64,000 nt of DNA from Bacteroidetes bacterium SB0662_bin_6 (GTDB lineage: Bacteria; Bacteroidota; Rhodothermia; Rhodothermales; VXPQ01), in the NCBI GenBank assembly GCA_009839485.1, contig VXPQ01000032.1, forward strand, positions 90,982 through 154,981, written 5' to 3'. A model generated the notes under the pieces. It had not been told where the DNA came from and ran no database searches. It worked only from the letters and a program-made list of their open reading frames with translations. Made by a program: the position numbers and the translations under genes. This document shows, in pieces, positions 62,269-64,000 of this stretch (position 1 is the stretch's first letter; every line of letters starts with the position of its first letter).

Positions 62269-62447
62269 TTTCTGCTCGACACATGCAGAATACAATGCAG
62301 GCTCCTGGCAAGACGATATTTCAGGATACTCTATTTCTTGCCATGGCAACCCTGGGAACATTGCATCTGACCGTGGCGGATGCTACCATGAAAAATGATC
62401 GGTTTCCTTGAAAACCGGACCCCAATCGCATACATGCGGAGGTGAAC

Positions 62448-62975
62448 ATGCACAGAGCACGATCTGTATGGCAAAGGTTTGCGACCCTGACGGCAGTAGT
62501 CATACTTGGGGCGTGGTGCCCTGAAGTGCTGGGTCAGATACAACCATTGGAAGGCGCACCCCTGGCAATGCTGGAACAAGGGCACGTAGAACAGGAACTG
62601 GCGCCGTACGGACCGGGGATGGCCCGGGACAGCCTGCTTCCCGTATCGTCTGTCTTTGTGGAGGCCACAACGGTAGAAATACAGACACTATACGAGAAAG
62701 ACGAACAGCGGGCGGAGTTTAACTACCGAGGCCGGACTATGGTAATCGGCGGCACGGTGTACAGGGCAGAGGGCGATTATATCAGATTCATCAACTACAA
62801 TATAGTCCGGTTCGACGGACGCCGGAGCAAAGGCGTAAAGTGCTACTTTTCCGAGCGACAGAAGCCGCTTGTGAATATCCTCAAAAGAGGGGACCGGATC
62901 GCTATGGAAGGGGTTGTCCTGGGGTATGGCCCGCTCCGGGAGTACATCGAGATCGACCCCTGCATCATACTGTGA
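62448..62975 (+). CDS. Secreted hypothetical protein with OB-fold (tRNA_anti-like) C-terminal domain
   Basis: ATG at 62448 is preceded by GGAGG at a 6-nt spacing. The signal-like N-terminus is MHRARSVWQRFATLTAVVILGAWC... The C-terminus ...YRGRTMVIGGTVYRAEGDYIRF...VKCYFSERQKPLVNILKRGDRIAMEGVVLG resembles OB-fold putative-lipoprotein domains. Confidence 0.6.
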   Translation: MHRARSVWQRFATLTAVVILGAWCPEVLGQIQPLEGAPLAMLEQGHVEQELAPYGPGMARDSLLPVSSVFVEATTVEIQTLYEKDEQRAEFNYRGRTMVIGGTVYRAEGDYIRFINYNIVRFDGRRSKGVKCYFSERQKPLVNILKRGDRIAMEGVVLGYGPLREYIEIDPCIIL

Positions 62976-63087
62976 TCGGACTGTCGGTCCGGGGTTTTCG
63001 AGTATAAGTTCCCTATAATCCCCTGAAAATCATCTTCAAACCGGGCATTATGTCCTATTACAGCAGATTATATGGGGATTTTTGTGC

Positions 63088-63205
63088 AAAAATCGACAAA
63101 AATGTCCATTTTCGAGCAAAAATAGCACAAAATGAACTAAAAATGGCCAAAAATTGGGAAAAATAGCTGAAAACGGGTACAAAGGCGGCCAAAAACAACA
63201 AAAAA
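63088..63205. repeat. Array of helically phased A-tracts (predicted intrinsically curved, AT-rich DNA)
   Basis: A4-A6 runs start at 63088, 63098, 63118, 63129, 63139, 63149, 63159, 63170, 63181, 63191 and 63200. Spacings are 10, 20, 11, 10, 10, 10, 11, 11, 10 and 9 bp. A T4 run at 63109 fills the one skipped turn. The stretch is visibly AT-rich in an otherwise GC-rich window. Confidence 0.85.
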
Positions 63206-63236
63206 CGCCGGCTGTAATAACAACCGGCGTTTTTCC
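63197..63236 (-). terminator. Intrinsic (bidirectional-looking) terminator; strongest on the minus strand
   Basis: Stem ACGCCGG (63205-63211) pairs with CCGGCGT (63224-63230) around a 12-nt loop. On the minus strand it is followed by UUUUUUGUUGUUUUU. On the plus strand it is followed by UUUUU. Confidence 0.7.
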
Positions 63237-63742
63237 TGCCTGGATGTGGGATAAACCCACAAATTTACATGCTCACTGGTATTCCTATCCGCGACCGGCC
63301 TCCCGCGATTCCTTCACATCGCCGAAGCGACATTCCGAAAACGGGATTCGGGAGGCCTGACTCCCGCGCCGTCGCACACTGACCGAAGTCAGTTTCGACA
63401 CCACGTCGTGACACATGCCCGGCTACCGGTTTCCCGATTGCTGGACAGCTGAACCGCATGGGCAGACGGTTCAAGCGCCACAGGCCTTCTGGTTACCCAC
63501 GCTTCCTGTATCCACACACTCTCCACAGCCAACGCTCCCCGACTTCCTTCACCGCGCTTGCACACTCCACGTCGGCATTTCTGCCGCCGCTTCACCGTGT
63601 GCTTGCGCTCCGGAAAGCCGGCTTTGTCAACCGCTTCATCGAGCCTATGCATACCCCGCACCGGAGTGAGGGGGACGGACGCACGGGCGCCTCATGCAGC
63701 CAGAGTACTCAGTCGCTTCAAGGAACGGTGCCCGAAGGCACT
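63198..63742 (-). ncRNA. Candidate ~545-nt highly structured non-coding RNA of unknown family
   Basis: Bounded by a near-consensus promoter (63749-63777) and the terminator at 63197-63236. Many stable capped hairpins are present: GUGCC-UUCG-GGCAC (63727-63742), CGGCA-GAAA-UGCCG (63573-63586) inside an extended 55-nt helix (63554-63608), UGAACCG-10 nt-CGGUUCA (63450-63473), CUGAC-UUCG-GUCAG (63379-63392), and UCGC-UUCG-GCGA (63319-63330) inside a 9-bp long-range helix GGCCUCCCG/CGGGAGGCC (63297-63357). All six-frame ORFs here are Arg/Cys/Pro/His-rich and not protein-like. Confidence 0.55.
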
Positions 63743-63748
63743 GAATGC

Positions 63749-63777
63749 ATTATAAGCGCCCGCATCAGCCGCGTCAA
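63749..63777 (-). promoter_or_regulatory. Near-consensus sigma70-type promoter with AT-rich UP-like tract
   Basis: The reverse strand reads TTGACG (63777-63772), exactly 17 nt, then TATAAT (63754-63749). The upstream sequence GAAATAAATTTTGTTC is AT-rich. The predicted start is an A at about 63742. Confidence 0.6.
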
Positions 63778-63850
63778 GACCCTGAACAAAATTTATTTCA
63801 CAAGTTGTTAACAAAGTGTACACCGTTCGAAAAAAGGGTGTGTATAAACG

Positions 63851-63880
63851 AAAAGCCCGACCTGGTATACAGGCCGGGCT
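63851..63880 (-). terminator. Intrinsic terminator of an unidentified minus-strand transcript entering from the right edge
   Basis: The reverse strand reads AGCCCGGCCUG-uauac-CAGGUCGGGCU (10/11 bp) followed by UUUUCGUUUAUA. Confidence 0.55.
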
Positions 63881-64000
63881 CCCGGTGCCCACTAAAGCGC
63901 GACTGATACCCCGCGGCCCGGTTAACAGGAGGAAATAACCGTGCCGGAAGGGGCCTCCAGCGCATGAGGTAGGGACAAGGTAAGACATAGCAATGAATAA

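Noticed and set aside
62338-62349. A perfect 12-bp palindrome TTGCCATGGCAA and nearby TGGCA...TTGCA upstream of the OB-fold gene, considered as a sigma54 promoter or operator.
   Set aside because: The GG-to-GC spacing does not fit the -24/-12 rule (18 nt or 8-9 nt instead of the required 12). A single short palindrome is weak evidence for an operator.
63048-63260. A 70-aa hydrophobic minus-strand ORF (MGLSHIQAGKTPVVITAGVFCCFWPPLYPF...).
   Set aside because: It reads straight through the terminator hairpin and the A-tract array. Poly-A/T runs yield Phe/Lys/Asn-rich pseudo-hydrophobic translations. It has no RBS. Considered an artefact.
63198-63742. Possible RNase P RNA. GUGAAGGAAGUCGGGGAGC (and a second GUGAAGGAAUCGCGGGAGG) loosely resembles the CR-I motif GAGGAAAGUCCGGGCUC.
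   Set aside because: The obligatory P4 3' strand (ACAGAAnCCGGCUUA-like) and the GGUAACGCCUGGG / AGGGUGAAA-type modules are absent. The match to CR-I is imperfect. Kept as an unknown RNA rather than RNase P.
62976-63800. Possible oriC: an AT-rich tract near parAB, with DnaA-box-like GTATCCACA (about 63508) and TGTGGGATAA (about 63246).
   Set aside because: Only two imperfect boxes, no cluster, and no dnaA/dnaN or other origin-linked genes in the window. The AT-rich part is A-tract-phased rather than 13-mer DUE-like. Insufficient evidence.
63692-63988. A minus-strand ORF whose translation ends ...RSLKRLSTLAA*, reminiscent of a tmRNA tag peptide (...ALAA).
   Set aside because: No tRNA-like acceptor 5' end (GGGG...GGUUUCGAC-type), no T-arm (GGUUCGAnUCC) and no 3' CCA context anywhere nearby. 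The stop also lies only about 50 nt from the predicted transcript start, too early for tmRNA architecture. Treated as coincidence.
63881-64000. SRP (4.5S) RNA-like CCGGAAGG motif, or the C-terminal end of a protein gene entering from the right edge (frame ending ...GTVISSC* at 63922).
   Set aside because: The sequence around CCGGAAGG does not reproduce the conserved SRP domain IV loops (AGGUCAGGUCCGGAAGGAAGCAGCC). The 26 visible codons are not diagnostic of any protein. Only the terminator hairpin is reported.
1-64000. A check for CRISPR arrays, tRNA/rRNA genes, transposases, integrases, toxin-antitoxin pairs and known defence-system signatures.
   Set aside because: None recognised. There are no regularly spaced direct repeats and no tRNA T-arm or acceptor patterns. 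No DDE or tyrosine/serine recombinase motifs, nuclease-helicase defence gene pairs or reverse transcriptases appear in the supplied translations.

Overview
This 64-kb window comes from a visibly high-GC bacterial chromosome (GC not computed). The SusC/SusD pair, a DUF5683 gene after parAB, an FG-GAP/ASPIC protein and the spc/alpha gene order suggest a Bacteroidota/Rhodothermota-type organism. That lineage call is inference only. All calls rest on motif recognition in the supplied translations and on hand reading of the DNA. No searches were run.

Layout:
- 1-19.3 kb is one uninterrupted minus-strand ribosomal supercluster (str-S10-spc-alpha): rpsL rpsG fusA tuf rpsJ [extra lipoprotein gene] rplC rplD rplW rplB rpsS rplV rpsC rplP rpmC rpsQ rplN rplX rplE rpsN rpsH rplF rplR rpsE rpmD rplO secY map rpmJ rpsM rpsK rpsD rpoA(partial).
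- Next on the minus strand come ftsH, a 998-aa TPR lipoprotein with a SPOR-like C-terminus, pyk and hisI.
- A plus-strand housekeeping block follows: yidD, moaB/mogA, cysS, hemB and an HhH-GPD-like gene.
- A minus-strand run holds a giant sensor kinase, trkA and trkH.
- A SusC/SusD pair lies convergent with a 1224-aa FG-GAP/ASPIC lipoprotein.
- After a short UDP-glucuronate-decarboxylase gene remnant come cysD, cysNC and an SLC13 permease, then a 2-hydroxyacid dehydrogenase.
- A glycosyltransferase / nucleotidyltransferase / TPR cassette is bracketed by a 36-nt inverted repeat.
- Next are parA, parB and DUF5683, then an alpha-oxoamine synthase, a GNAT-like protein, DUF1801 and an OB-fold protein.
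- The final ~1 kb (62976-64000) has no convincing ORF.

I found no tRNA, rRNA, CRISPR array, transposase, integrase or recognisable defence or toxin system. Most of the window is ordinary core genome.

The items most worth a second look:
1. A ~545-nt candidate structured RNA with a near-consensus sigma70 promoter and an intrinsic terminator (63198-63742, minus).
2. An array of helically phased A-tracts next to that RNA (63088-63205).
3. The 36-nt inverted repeat bracketing a 3.8-kb cassette, plus a 267-bp nested-palindrome element (52765-56577).
4. A lipocalin-like lipoprotein gene inserted between rpsJ and rplC (14056-14541).
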